A DNA stretch of 64,000 nucleotides, from contig MU062841.1 of assembly GCA_013265495.1 (NCBI GenBank), positions 8,643,786 through 8,707,785 of the forward strand, in the 5' to 3' direction. Each line of letters opens with the position of its first letter. Position 1 is the first letter of the stretch. The notes under the pieces are model-generated. The model saw only the letters and a program-made list of their open reading frames with translations, did no database searches and had not been told where the DNA came from. This DNA comes from Vicugna vicugna (lineage: Eukaryota). Of the stretch, positions 12,601 through 24,600 are shown piece after piece. Both the position numbers and the translations under genes were made by a program.

Positions 12601-15600
12601 GTGTCATCTTCATCGTTGTCCTACTGCCTCCCATGAGGGAATGAAGACTCTCAGCTGCCAATCTAGATTTATAGATGCATTTAGAAATTCTTTTTTAGTT
12701 CCCATTTGTTCCACATGAGTTAGCAGAAATGGGTAGCATCCATGGTTAGGAAGTCTTGGCATCGTCTCTTGGATATCTTGGATATATGTTCCTCTCTAGA
12801 CATGATTATTTCCATCTACGTACTTTTGTAAGGTATTACCAACCCTTCTGACAACTATTTCCTTTTGGAAATGGAAAAAGAATTACTCCCAAGTGTCAGT
12901 GCCAAGGAGCCGTCCTTAGTACTTCAGAGAGGACGGTAAAAATTCTTCTTCATTACTTCTGGGTGCATTATTCATACAAATAGCCTCATAACCTACTATT
13001 CAACACATATTTGTTTGACGAAGTCTTTCTTCCAGAAAAATCAGTGGTTTCCATGCAAGGTACAAATCCTGATTATATAACTTCCTCAGTGAAAAAAACT
13101 CTTTCTCTTTCTGTGGTTGATGGTCCTTTTATAGCCAGGTTCTTAGTGTCTGTGGTTCCCCTGGAACAGCCCAGAATGATTCCCTTTCTCATTTCATAAT
13201 TAGATTATTTCTTTCTTCACATCTTAGGAAGTTTCAAAGGGCAGAGAAGCACAGCAGCTTGCTCCTGCCTGCTAACTGTAATTGGTAATAATCTCCCTCA
13301 ACAACTACAGCAATTAAAGTCTGAGAAAACCACAGCACAAACTCTCCTCCTTCTCCCAGGTTTCCGTCTTCTATGTTATTTGCTTTTCTCTATTCATTTC
13401 TTCATCAATGGGCAAAAAGAATTTGACACAAAAGGATGCAAACTGATGTGGTTGAAGGAAGAGCTTTAATATGCAAACAACAGAGACTGGTATTGACTTA
13501 CAAAAGACATTTTTATGCTAACTTGGAGAGTATATGTAACCGTCTCAGGGGATGATTTGGTTACATTTTGATAATGTGTTAATTAAAAAAATATATGACA
13601 TAAAAAAGAATAAAATAATGCCATTTTCAGCAACATGGATGGATCTGGAGATCATCATTCTAAGTGAAGGAAGCCAGAAAGAGAAAGAAAAATGCCGTAT
13701 GATATCACTTATATGTGAAATCTTAAAAAAAAGGCACAAGTGAACTTATTTACAAAACAGAAGCAGACTCACAGACATAGAAAACAAACTTACGGTTACC
13801 AGGGGGTAAAGGGCATAGGAAGGGATAAATTGGGAGTTCAAGATTTGCAGATACTGACTACTATATATAAAATATATAAACAGGTTTATACTGTATAGCA
13901 CAGAGCTCTATATTCAATATCTTGTAGTAACCTATAATGAAAAAAGTATGAAATGAATATATGTACATACATGTGTGACTGAAACATTATGCTGTACAGC
14001 AGAAATTGACGCAACATTGTAAACTAACTGTGCATCAATAAAGAAAAAAGAGAGAGAAAAAAACCAAAGCAAAAATATGACAGACATTTTTGATTCAATC
14101 CAGAAGCCACTTAACGTACTGGACATTTGAAAAGCATGACTGACCTTTTAATTGATGAAATCTTCAGCAGATTAACAGTCATATATTTAACTCTTTAATG
14201 ATTAACAATAATTAAGCTTGTTGTTTATGTTCCTTTTTTTCTTAGAAAAGGGTCCAGTGGAAGCTAAATTGCCTTGGCTGAAACAAGCACAAGAACTAGA
14301 AGAGACCAGAATAGCAACAGAGGAACCAACGTGAGTCCAGGACCTTTTATGGGAGCAATCAGGGCAGGGCCAGTTAACATGATATATGTAATTTTTGTCC
14401 TCATTGGAGTACAATGATACGTTTCAAATCCAAATGGCCTGGATTTGCAGACTCCAGAGAGCTTGAGCTGGCTAGAATTCTTCTTTATTTCACAATTCAG
14501 CAGTCCTGCTTTGGCAGTGTCTGTGAGAAGCTTAGGGAAGGACAGTGTTATTTAACTCAAAGCAGACCCAGCGGTCTGCTACAGTTAGGAGATTGGGGGC
14601 AATCCCTAGGTCGAGATTGATACGTATGGTTTGACCAAGGATCATCACAATATAAAACAAGTCAGCCAGTCATTCCATGGTTAAGTAATAGCCAGTCTCT
14701 ATAAAACCAGTGAAGGTGAAGTGTATCAGGGTGGCCTGAGTGATGATGGTAAGGAGAAATCCCAGAGCTGCTGTGGTCTGGTGCATGGAAAGAATATGGC
14801 AGTATGAGTCTTGGAGCCTAGAACCTACACCAAGTTTACTCATGTGACCTTAGACAGGTCTTTAGTTTTTCTGTCTCATTCTCCTAATGAGCAGGCTGGA
14901 CTTGATCTCTCCAGGGTCCATCCCAACTCAGAAGTCTAATGACTTCTATCCACATGGGATTTGGCAAGTCTGTGTTGTAATGGTATCCATGGAAACGAAG
15001 TATCAAGAGCAAATCAAAGAAACATTGGGGAGGCAGAGGGTGGGGACCTAAAGAGAGCAAGGAATCAAAGATGCCCTGAGATCTCCAGTCTAGGAATCTG
15101 GAAGAACACCAGCATCCGTGATGGATTCAAGGAGCTAGACAGGCCGCTGATTCCACGTCGGACACGTGCGGTCTGTGGCGCTGACAGGCTGTCTACCAAG
15201 AGAGCGATTCATAGGGCGTTAGAGGAGAGAATCTTGGAGGTGATCTGGCCAGTCTCCCTCTCAGAGCAAGCGTTTCTTCTTCAACACGTTCAGCAACGGG
15301 CAGAGTTCACTGCATTGAGAGACAGCTCCTTCTTCTGTTATTTGCAAGATTTTTCATTTTCTTGTTAAGTCAAAATACAACCGCCTTCAAATTTCTGCTT
15401 TCTGAAAAAAAAAAAAACCCACGTCTATGCCTCATCCCACGTGACGAGTTTTCACAAATTTGGAGAAAGCTGGCTCCCAAGAGCCTTGTCTTTCCCAAGC
15501 TCATCATTCTTAGCCTTTTCAGTGGTTTTCATGGATTGTTGTTTTTAGATCCCTTACCAAGCCCATTGCTCTTTTCAGAACAGGCTCTCATTTGTCAATG

Positions 15601-18600
15601 TCCCTTTTAACTGTGGTCCAGCCCAGCAGTGAGCCCCAGGCGGACATGGATTACTTGTCTCCAAGAAGGCACTGTGCCTCTAGTGATGCGGGCCAAGAGA
15701 ATTGGCACATCACGCTTGCGACACGTGCAGAACTTTTCCACGTGGACTACCGACAGGCCTGGATGTGACCCCAGGAGAAATTGCGGATGCTGTCAGGTGA
15801 ATGGCCCCAGAGTGACTGAAGAGGGAAGAGCGTTTGGCTAATGAGGGAAGCGTGAAGATCTAGAGGAAGAAGTGGATTCAGAAGAAGTGGATCGTGAACG
15901 GAGGAAGGAACAGACCCAAGGAAAGCTCATTGTTACAAAGACCAGGAGAGGAGACTGTTCAAGCAGGGGTGCAGCGAAGAGTGTTCACATTCTCAGAGAA
16001 AGCCGAAGAACAATTGTGGGGACTGAGTAAAGGCTGTTTTGTTTGACAAGAAGGTCTTTCTCAGTTAATTTTAGAGTAGTATCATAGGAGGGCAGAGAAG
16101 TAAAAAGTGGCAGAGCTTTAAGAAATGAATTCTAAGAAGGAAATGGGGCAGTGGGTATTTGACTACGAAGAAGGAAGACTGGGAGTCAGGTTAACAGAAA
16201 GGAGTGGTTAAATGTATGTGGTTGATTTTTGTTGTTTTTCATTTGAAGTTAGGACAGCCTGACACATAATCAAAAGATAATTAGTCTGTAAGACTGCTCA
16301 GTGACTACCCCCGGGGCTCCCAACTGTACAAGGAGGGTGTTAGGCTAAATGTTACCGGAATCTTCTCCCAGCTCTGGTCTCCTGTGATTCTGTAAGGGAA
16401 GGGACCTATAAAAGGAACGGGACTTGAGACATCGGTAAGGGTGTATGTAGCTGTCACACGAGGAGGGTCATGGAGTTTTCAGTCTCAAATGGTGCATCCT
16501 TTTCTCAAGACACAGTGAGATAACAGTTGCTAATCCTTCTGCATGTCCTCTCCTGGTTAAAGGGTTTGCTGTCCAGTTCCCCAGAGTAGAAGTCTGCCAT
16601 CATTCTTGCCTCTTGCTCATTCTTCCCTTATATGTAATTGCTGAGTTGTGACAGTCATACCCATCTACTGATATCTTTCTCAGTTCTGGCTCGCTCTCTC
16701 CTTTCCTTCCATCATCCTGGTCCAGGTCCTGAAATCACCTACAAGAGCCTTCCAATTTGCTCTCCACTTGATCCCCTCAAATCCACCCTCTCACCCAGAG
16801 TGGTCTAGCTAAGGCACAAATCTTTCTTTCCAGCGTTCATAATATCTCAGTGTTTCCCCATCACCCAAAAAGATTTAACGCTCGTGCACAAGGCCGCCAA
16901 GACTGAGCAGGCTATTACCCTTCCTGGCTCCCAGCCTCATCTCTGACCACTTCTTTGCTTTGACTTGAACGGGATGCTCCAGCCACATGAAACTGTTGGT
17001 TGTTCCTTGCCTGCAGCAATCTGCCACTCACCTCCATCCCTTTCATCATGTTCTCCTCTCTGTTGGGAATGACCCGGCTCCCACCTGGTTTTTAAAAAGC
17101 TTTTTTTGTTGTTATAGAAAATTTCAAACATGTATAAAGGAGGAGAGAACAGTAGGATGAGCCCCCATGTATCCACCCCCCAAGTTCAACAGCTATTCAC
17201 TTAGGGCCACGCTTGTTTCATTTGTTCCACCAACACTGCCTCCGCCCCACTGGTTCATCTCCGAAGCAAACCCAGACAGCATATCATCTCATTCATAAAT
17301 ATTTCAGTATAAATCTCTAAAATAGAAAGGCCTTTTTTTTGATAACTGCAATATCATTTTTTAAAGTGTGGTCCTCAAATTGCTTCCTTTAGAATCACCT
17401 GTGGTGCTATTGAAAAAACGCAGATTTCTGGACCTCACCAAGTCAGACATTCTGTGAGTGGGACCCAGTCACCAGCATTTTTTTTTCTTTTGACTCTGCC
17501 AGGTATTTTTTAAATTGTGGTGAAATATGCAAAACATAAAATTGACCATTTTAATCCTTTTTAAGTGCACAGTTCGCTGGTATTAAGTACATTGGCATGG
17601 TTGTGCAGCCATCACCACCATCCATCTCCAGAATTTTTTCATCATCCCAACACAAACTCTGTTCCCATTAAACACCCTTCCTTCCCCCGACTCCCCCCCC
17701 AACCCCCAGCCCCTGGTAATCTCTGCTGTACCTTCCATCTCTGTGGATTTGTCAGCAGCACTTTTAGCAAGCGCCCCAGGTGACTTCGGTGTGTGCATCC
17801 AGATTTGGGAACCACTCGGTCAGTTAGTCCCTAGGGCCCCTTTTGAAATTACTCTTCATTACTTAACTGGAAAAGAGAGATACCATGTAAGTTACAGGAG
17901 GTTCAGGCCCCATTTCATCCCAAGCCTGCATTTTCTGTTGGCCCCACTGACTTTGCTGGTGGAGCTTCCTGTCCGTCTTCCCAGAGCAGAGCTAATATAT
18001 CCTCTCCTCTTGCAGACCACCGCTTCCTTCTCCCCAGCACAGAAGACGGAGGCCCCAGCACCTGTTCCCTGGCCGGAGCGGCTGCCTCCTCCCACCCTCC
18101 TGCCCTCTCTCCCTCTGTGGTCTCTCTGCAATTTTCCTTTATAACTCACACTGCCTGGCAGTTTCTGGCCTGTTCCTGGCTATCTAGTGTGAAGTTTATG
18201 GTTTCCTCCCACCCTTCTGACTCTGTTCATTCCCTTGATTTCCAAGCAAAACCACAACATATCTCAGCTTCCAGTTCATCCTTTTATTACCCCCGTCTTT
18301 TGTGGTTTGGGGATGCTTGCTTGTTGACAGTGAACGAGAAGATGAACATAGCTGCAGTTCAGATCCCTGGAGGAAAGCCTGCCAAACCCGCCTGGAGAAG
18401 ATAAATATTTCTGCCTCTGTGGTTTACCAGGGCCCGCCCGAGCTCTGAATTTACATAGGGGGGCGGATGTTCAGAAGGCTTTTTTTTAATTAGGAAAATA
18501 AAAATTACAGCTTATAAAGCTAAGCCAGGGGAACTGCAGTTTTGACCTTCTTAGCTTTCGGCTGTGGAATGTGTTGACAGTTGATACTGTTCATTGTTGT

Positions 18601-21600
18601 TTTCAAAGTTCTTCCCTGGAGCCTCCCTGGTTTCTGTGGGATTCACAACGCTTCCTCCGTCACGCTGCCTTCTCCCCCATTTTTCATGTATAAATACCAA
18701 GGAAATACTACAGGTTTAGAACACTTTGTATGTTTTCTTTCCTGCTATTTTAGCCCCTCCATTTATGGACTTTGTATTTGCTAAGATCAAATTAGCTTAT
18801 ATTCCAGGCATCTTTCTTCTCCCAGCAATAGTAGGCCTTTTTTTGTGCCAGTGTTCTACGTGTCCTATGCGGATTGACTTATTTAATTCTCACAATGACC
18901 CCCATAAAGAGGTGTTATTATTACTCTCATTTTAGGGAGGAGAAAAATCAAGGCACAGAAAGATTAAGGAATTATCCAGCATTTCAGATATTGGTTCTCT
19001 GGCATGTGATACTAGGGAGAGCTCCAATTTTGTGTCAGGAAACCTGAATTCAAGTCTCACCCACCCTTAGGTGGTCTAATAGGGCCGAAAGAGGAGTTAG
19101 TGACTATATTATGGTATTGTGAGGTCAGGGGTGGCTTCCTGGGAGAGTTGGCACGTGAAGTGATGCCCTAAGACCTGGGTGTCAGGTACTTGGGATGGCA
19201 GATAGACCTCCTGGCCCATGGGGGACACACTTGGACATTGAGGTACTGAGTGTGGAGAGAGACCTGGAGGATAGGGAGGTGGTAATGGCAGCAAGGATGC
19301 AGCTAGAAAAGTCAGCACGTCTTGGAGGTCTTCCATGGTTCACGAGAGAATTTGGGCTTCATCTGGAGGCAATGAGAGCCATCGGAGGATTTTTAATAAG
19401 TGATGTAATCACAATTACATTTTAGAAAGATCTTTCTAGCTGTCTGCAGTTTGCTTCTAATTATTTACCATGATACATAAAACTGTAGCAAATCTCTAAT
19501 TGTACATCCCTACATCCCTAATTGTCTCCTTAGGACACATTTGCTGTGTGGAATTTCTGAGCCAGAAGATGGGCACGTTGGAGGCATTCAATTTCTATTG
19601 TCAAATTTCCCTTTTAAAATTTAAACAAAAGATGTATTAGTGTTCATGCAGTTATGAATCTTGTTTTGTTTTTGTTTTTCCCTCGCAGTGATATTTTAAA
19701 TTAAATTTTCATTGAATTGGAGTAGATCTTTATGCATATTTTTCTAGGAGATTATATGGATAGGATAACCTCTAAGATCCTCTGTATTTAAGAATGCATT
19801 TCTTATACCATCTCAGTTGAGTAGAAGCACAAAATCTTGTTTAATAAGGTTGCTTTTTTTTTCCTTAGAACTCTGAACATGTGGCTCTGGATATCAAAGA
19901 AGAAATATTTGAGCCTAAACTGCCTTTTCTCCTTTTGCTCTCCATTTTTTTCAGCTTAGATTTAAGAGTTTTTCCCCATGTACTTAAAATTAGAGGATTT
20001 CACCAGAATAAGTCCAGAAATTATTTTCTTTTCAATAATTTTGCTAAATAGTGAGGGCTTTTAGGACATAGATTCAAATCTTTCTTGGGTACATGAAAGT
20101 TTTCTTCTGTTATATTTATGCCTCTTTTCTATTGTTTTTCTTATTTATTCTAAAGGTTCACCAGCATCTCTTTTCTATTTTTAACATTTGGTGTTTCCCC
20201 CCACATCTTTGTCTTTTTTCCTCTATGTTTTGGAAGCATACCTTCCCTTCCAACAAAAGCACTTCCCTCCTCCTCATTATTGAGTGGATTTCCATACTGT
20301 TCATTTGGATTTTCTTCTGTCATAGAGCAAACTTTGTGTTATTTTTTGTATTTTTCAGTCTTTTATCAACCAAGCCAGAAGTTTTCTCCAGTCATGTTTT
20401 GACTTGTTAATCACATTTTTTATCTTTTGTTTTATAGAATGTTTCCCTGAATTTTATTGTTATTTAATTTTAAGTAGATGCTGTGCTATGTCCTTCTATT
20501 TCTGATATTTCTCCCCAAATAATTTTTTCTTTCACTAATACGTGTTACGTTCTTTTTCTTTTATACTGAAGAATTATTTTTATCAATTTTATCAATTTTT
20601 ATCAAGTGTTTATTTATTCATTTTGAAATAAAATTAATAAATGCCCCCAAACAGTATTGTCGATTTTTCCTGGGATCCTTTTACTGTCATCTTGGATAAT
20701 CTTAATATACATCTCTCATCTATGATACTGCTGAGGCAGAGTGAAATAATGCCAGCAGCTACTGTGTAATTTTTGACAAATGACTTCTCTGTATCTCAGT
20801 TTCCTCGTCTGTAAAATGGGAATAATAGCAATATTTCCTGACGGGGTGGTTGTTATGAGTAAATGGTAAGCTGTGTGTGAATTACATAGAACAGTATCTC
20901 ACCCAGTTAACAATGCAATGAATGCTGGTTGCTGCCATTTTAATTTTATTGTAGTCATTGAGCTTTTCACTCTGACTCTCTTTTAATCCTTACCTAACCC
21001 TATAAGGTTGAGCCTATTGTTGTCTCTATTTTAGAGAAAATTATTGCCTTTGTATTTGAATAACGTTGTGACTGGACACAGTATTCTTGGGACCCAGATT
21101 CTCTCTCCCAAATCTTTTGCTCCACTGCTTTCTGGTTTTGAACGTTGTGTGAGTCTGGGGTCCGCCTGACTTTTTATTCTGATAGGAACTTGTTTTTTTG
21201 TGCCTAGATGCCTGTACAATTCTTTCTACATCCTCAAAGTTTTCATTTTTTTAGCCAGGTATCTTCATTTACTCTGGCTGCTGTGAAAAATCACCACAAA
21301 CTTAGTGGTTTAAGACAAAATGAATTTGTTATCTCACAATCCTGTAGATCAGATGCTAGTAGAGTCAGCTGGTTTCTCTGGATCCCACTAGGCTAAAATC
21401 AAGGGGTTGCTCAGCCTGAACTCTTCTCTGGAGGCCCTAGGATGGAATCCACTTCCAGGCTCTTTCAGCAAGTTGGCAGAATTCCGTTCCACGCATTTGT
21501 AGAGCTGAAATCTCCATTTCCTTACTGGCTGTTGGCCGTGAGTTGTTCTCAACTTCTGGGGCCCTCCTGCATTCCTTGGCTCCTGGCCCCTTCCATCTTG

Positions 21601-24600
21601 GAGCCAGCGACAAGGGGTTGAGTACCTCTTGTGCTTTGAATCTCTCTTAACTCATGTTCTGCTGCATCTCTCTAACTCCAGCCAGAAAATTTTTTTCGTT
21701 CTTAAGGACTTGTGTGATTAGATTAGGCTCACTAAGATGGTCTCCTGATCTTGAGGTCCATAACCTTAATCACATCTGCAAAGCCCCTTTTGTCGTGCAA
21801 TGTAACATACTCATAAATTCTAGGAATTGGGATGTGGGCATCTTTAGGGGAGGCATTAGTCTGCTGAAAACGCTAGGTTTTTATGTTAACCATTTCTGTC
21901 ACTTTTCCTGGAGGACAGTGTACTTTCCCAAGCTGTGTTTTAGGCACTTTTTTTTTTTACATATTTATGAACACTTTTTCTGTTTCATGTGTTGCAACTT
22001 CTACTTGAAGAGTCCAATTATTTTCAATATTGGATTATTTAGATTCTCTCTCGTTTTATCTCTAAAAATGGCATTAAAACATCCATTTTAGGTATAATTT
22101 ACATACAATAAACTGTGTCTGTTTAAAGTGATGCATTTGAACAGATGTGTCTAGCCACAGAACCCCAATCCCACTCGTGATACAGAACGTTTCCATCACC
22201 CACAAAAGCTTTCTTTGCCGCCCAGCCCTCCCTTCACTCCTCTAGCTGCTTTAAAAGCTTTTCTTTCTCTCTCTCAATACTGCGTTCACTTCCAAGTCTT
22301 GCCTCTATGTCATTAATTTGATCTTCAGCCATGTTTCTTCTGTTTTTTTTTCCTTCTGGTTCTGAATTATTTGTTGGATTTCTAATAATGTTATATTTCA
22401 TAGTTTTTCCCCTCACCTCTGTAGTTTTCCATTTTATTCTGTTATTTTATCATCTCATGTCCAACCTCTGATATTTGTGAACTGATATTATTTTAAAGTT
22501 TTCCTATTGTGCAAAAACATAGGAAACTTGCTCTGTTTCTCTGGTTGTGTTTTGCCCAGATATGGCTCTTCAGATGCTTTCATACAGCTGTGTTCCTTTC
22601 TTTCCTTAAAAAAAAAATTACCATGGGGGAGAAACAAAAACAAAACAAGATTCAGAACTGCACAAACTTTATTATGTCTTTTGTTTAAATAATAATACAT
22701 TAAAGAAAATCATGCTAGGTTATGCATACATTTTTTTGAGTTGCCATGGCTCCCCTCCCCTCCTCCTCCAAATCACATGGTTAATTTGGACAGCTCTGAC
22801 ACTTATTTTTTAAGAAGACCTCTAAAGCGTCCTTGAAAACCATCTTGAAACATCCAGGGCACCTAGAAAAACATTGGTATAACAATCATTTGCCTGGTCG
22901 GAAACTGAGGTGAGCCTTCCCACTTACCCACTCTCCTCTCAGGATTCCGAATCACTGAGACACAGGAGTCCAATGGGAATGAAAAAAAAAATACTTCCCA
23001 TTAAAACATAATCCCCAATTTTAAGTTTTTATTACTAAGGAGAAAAGAGAAAAATATTAATGACCGTAAAATTACAGTATGCACATGGTTAGAAAATTCA
23101 AACCTTTTAAAAACTGCAAAACAAAAAGCAAAAGCCTCTCTCTTTACAAACTCCAGTTCCTGACATTTGTAATTGCTTCCTGAAAACAGAAATTATACTA
23201 ACATATATAGACATCTATGCTATAAATATGTATCATATATGTACGCTGTATGTGCATATATATGCCCTATTTGTTTAGACAGGAGGTCATCGTATATGAA
23301 CTGCCCCATACTTGTTTCGTTTAACGATCTCCAAGAGGAGACTATTCCTCATCAATTCATGTAGACCCACCTCCTTCTTTTACAGTCCTCCGGTCTACCA
23401 GCTGAGCTGTTGAAGGGCACATCCCACCTCCTTCTTTTAAATAACCTCAACTTCTTACATTGTGTGGATGCTTCATCTTAAATTTAATCAGTCTCCTTCT
23501 TTCCAGTTTTACCCCAGGAAAGCAGCAAGCAAAGCAAAGGGTAAAAACACAGATATTTCTCCAATACTCCTGGGAAGTTGAGCAAACCTTCTCATGGAGA
23601 ATGAGAATTAGAGAATAGAGTTCCCCACTGATCATTTTCAACACAAGAAACAAATTGGGGGGAAGGGAGGGGTTACTAATATTTCTTTCTTGGGCTCATT
23701 TAGAGCAGTGGTGTTTCAGTTGTGCTGACTGGGATGTGCTGTTGTGCACAACGGGAATGAAGTCTTACCGAGGGAAGGGAGGAAGGCGGGATGACGCTGA
23801 AAGACCCTCCAACTCTGTCTTTCTGAGATTTTAAACTTGAAGCCTTGGGACTGCATCTTAAGCAAACATCTCAGCGGCATTTTCTGCAGTTATTTAGTGC
23901 AACATTAGCCTACGAATAGAGCCCTGTACCCACTTAAATGATGAAGTGATGCACGTGAATTTCCCCTGTTAAGGATGGATAGTTTGCATTCACGTATCAT
24001 AGTTTGGGGAGAAGTTTTGCAGTAAATGAACCTATTGAACATGCATGAACCCAAAGTTTCCCAGACTTCCTCTAGCACTGAGCTCTTTCCAGCCTGTTAC
24101 TTGTTAATATCTCATGATGCAAGTGTTGCCTTCCGAGTATCTTAAAAATATATGTCGCTACTGAATCTCTTTTTTAAATTCAGTGCAGGAATCAGTAAAC
24201 ATTTTCTGTAAGGGGCCAGATAATAGATATTTTAGGATCTGCGGGCCAAACAGTCTCTTGCAAATACTCAGCTCTGCCATGTAGCACGAAAACCGCCGTA
24301 AACAGTGAGTGAACAAGTGACCATGGCTGCGTTCCAATAGGTCTTTAATTACGGACACTTAAGTTGAGTTTTATGTCATTTTTGCAAGACACCAAAGATC
24401 ATCCTTGTTTTCCCCCAGCCATTTAAAACTATAAAAATCATTCTTTTTTGTTTGTTTGTTTGTTTTTGGGGGTGGTGGGGGTAATTAGTAAAAATCATTC
24501 TTAGTTAGTAGGCTGTGCAGAAAGAGATGGGCTGAATTTGACCTGATAGGCCACAGGGTGATCTGCTCTGATTTAGTGGATAATAATTTAGGATAAGAAA

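Noticed and set aside
20093-20410. 105-aa hydrophobic ORF resembling a membrane protein
   Set aside because: T-rich decayed antisense L1-like sequence encodes F/L/I by composition.
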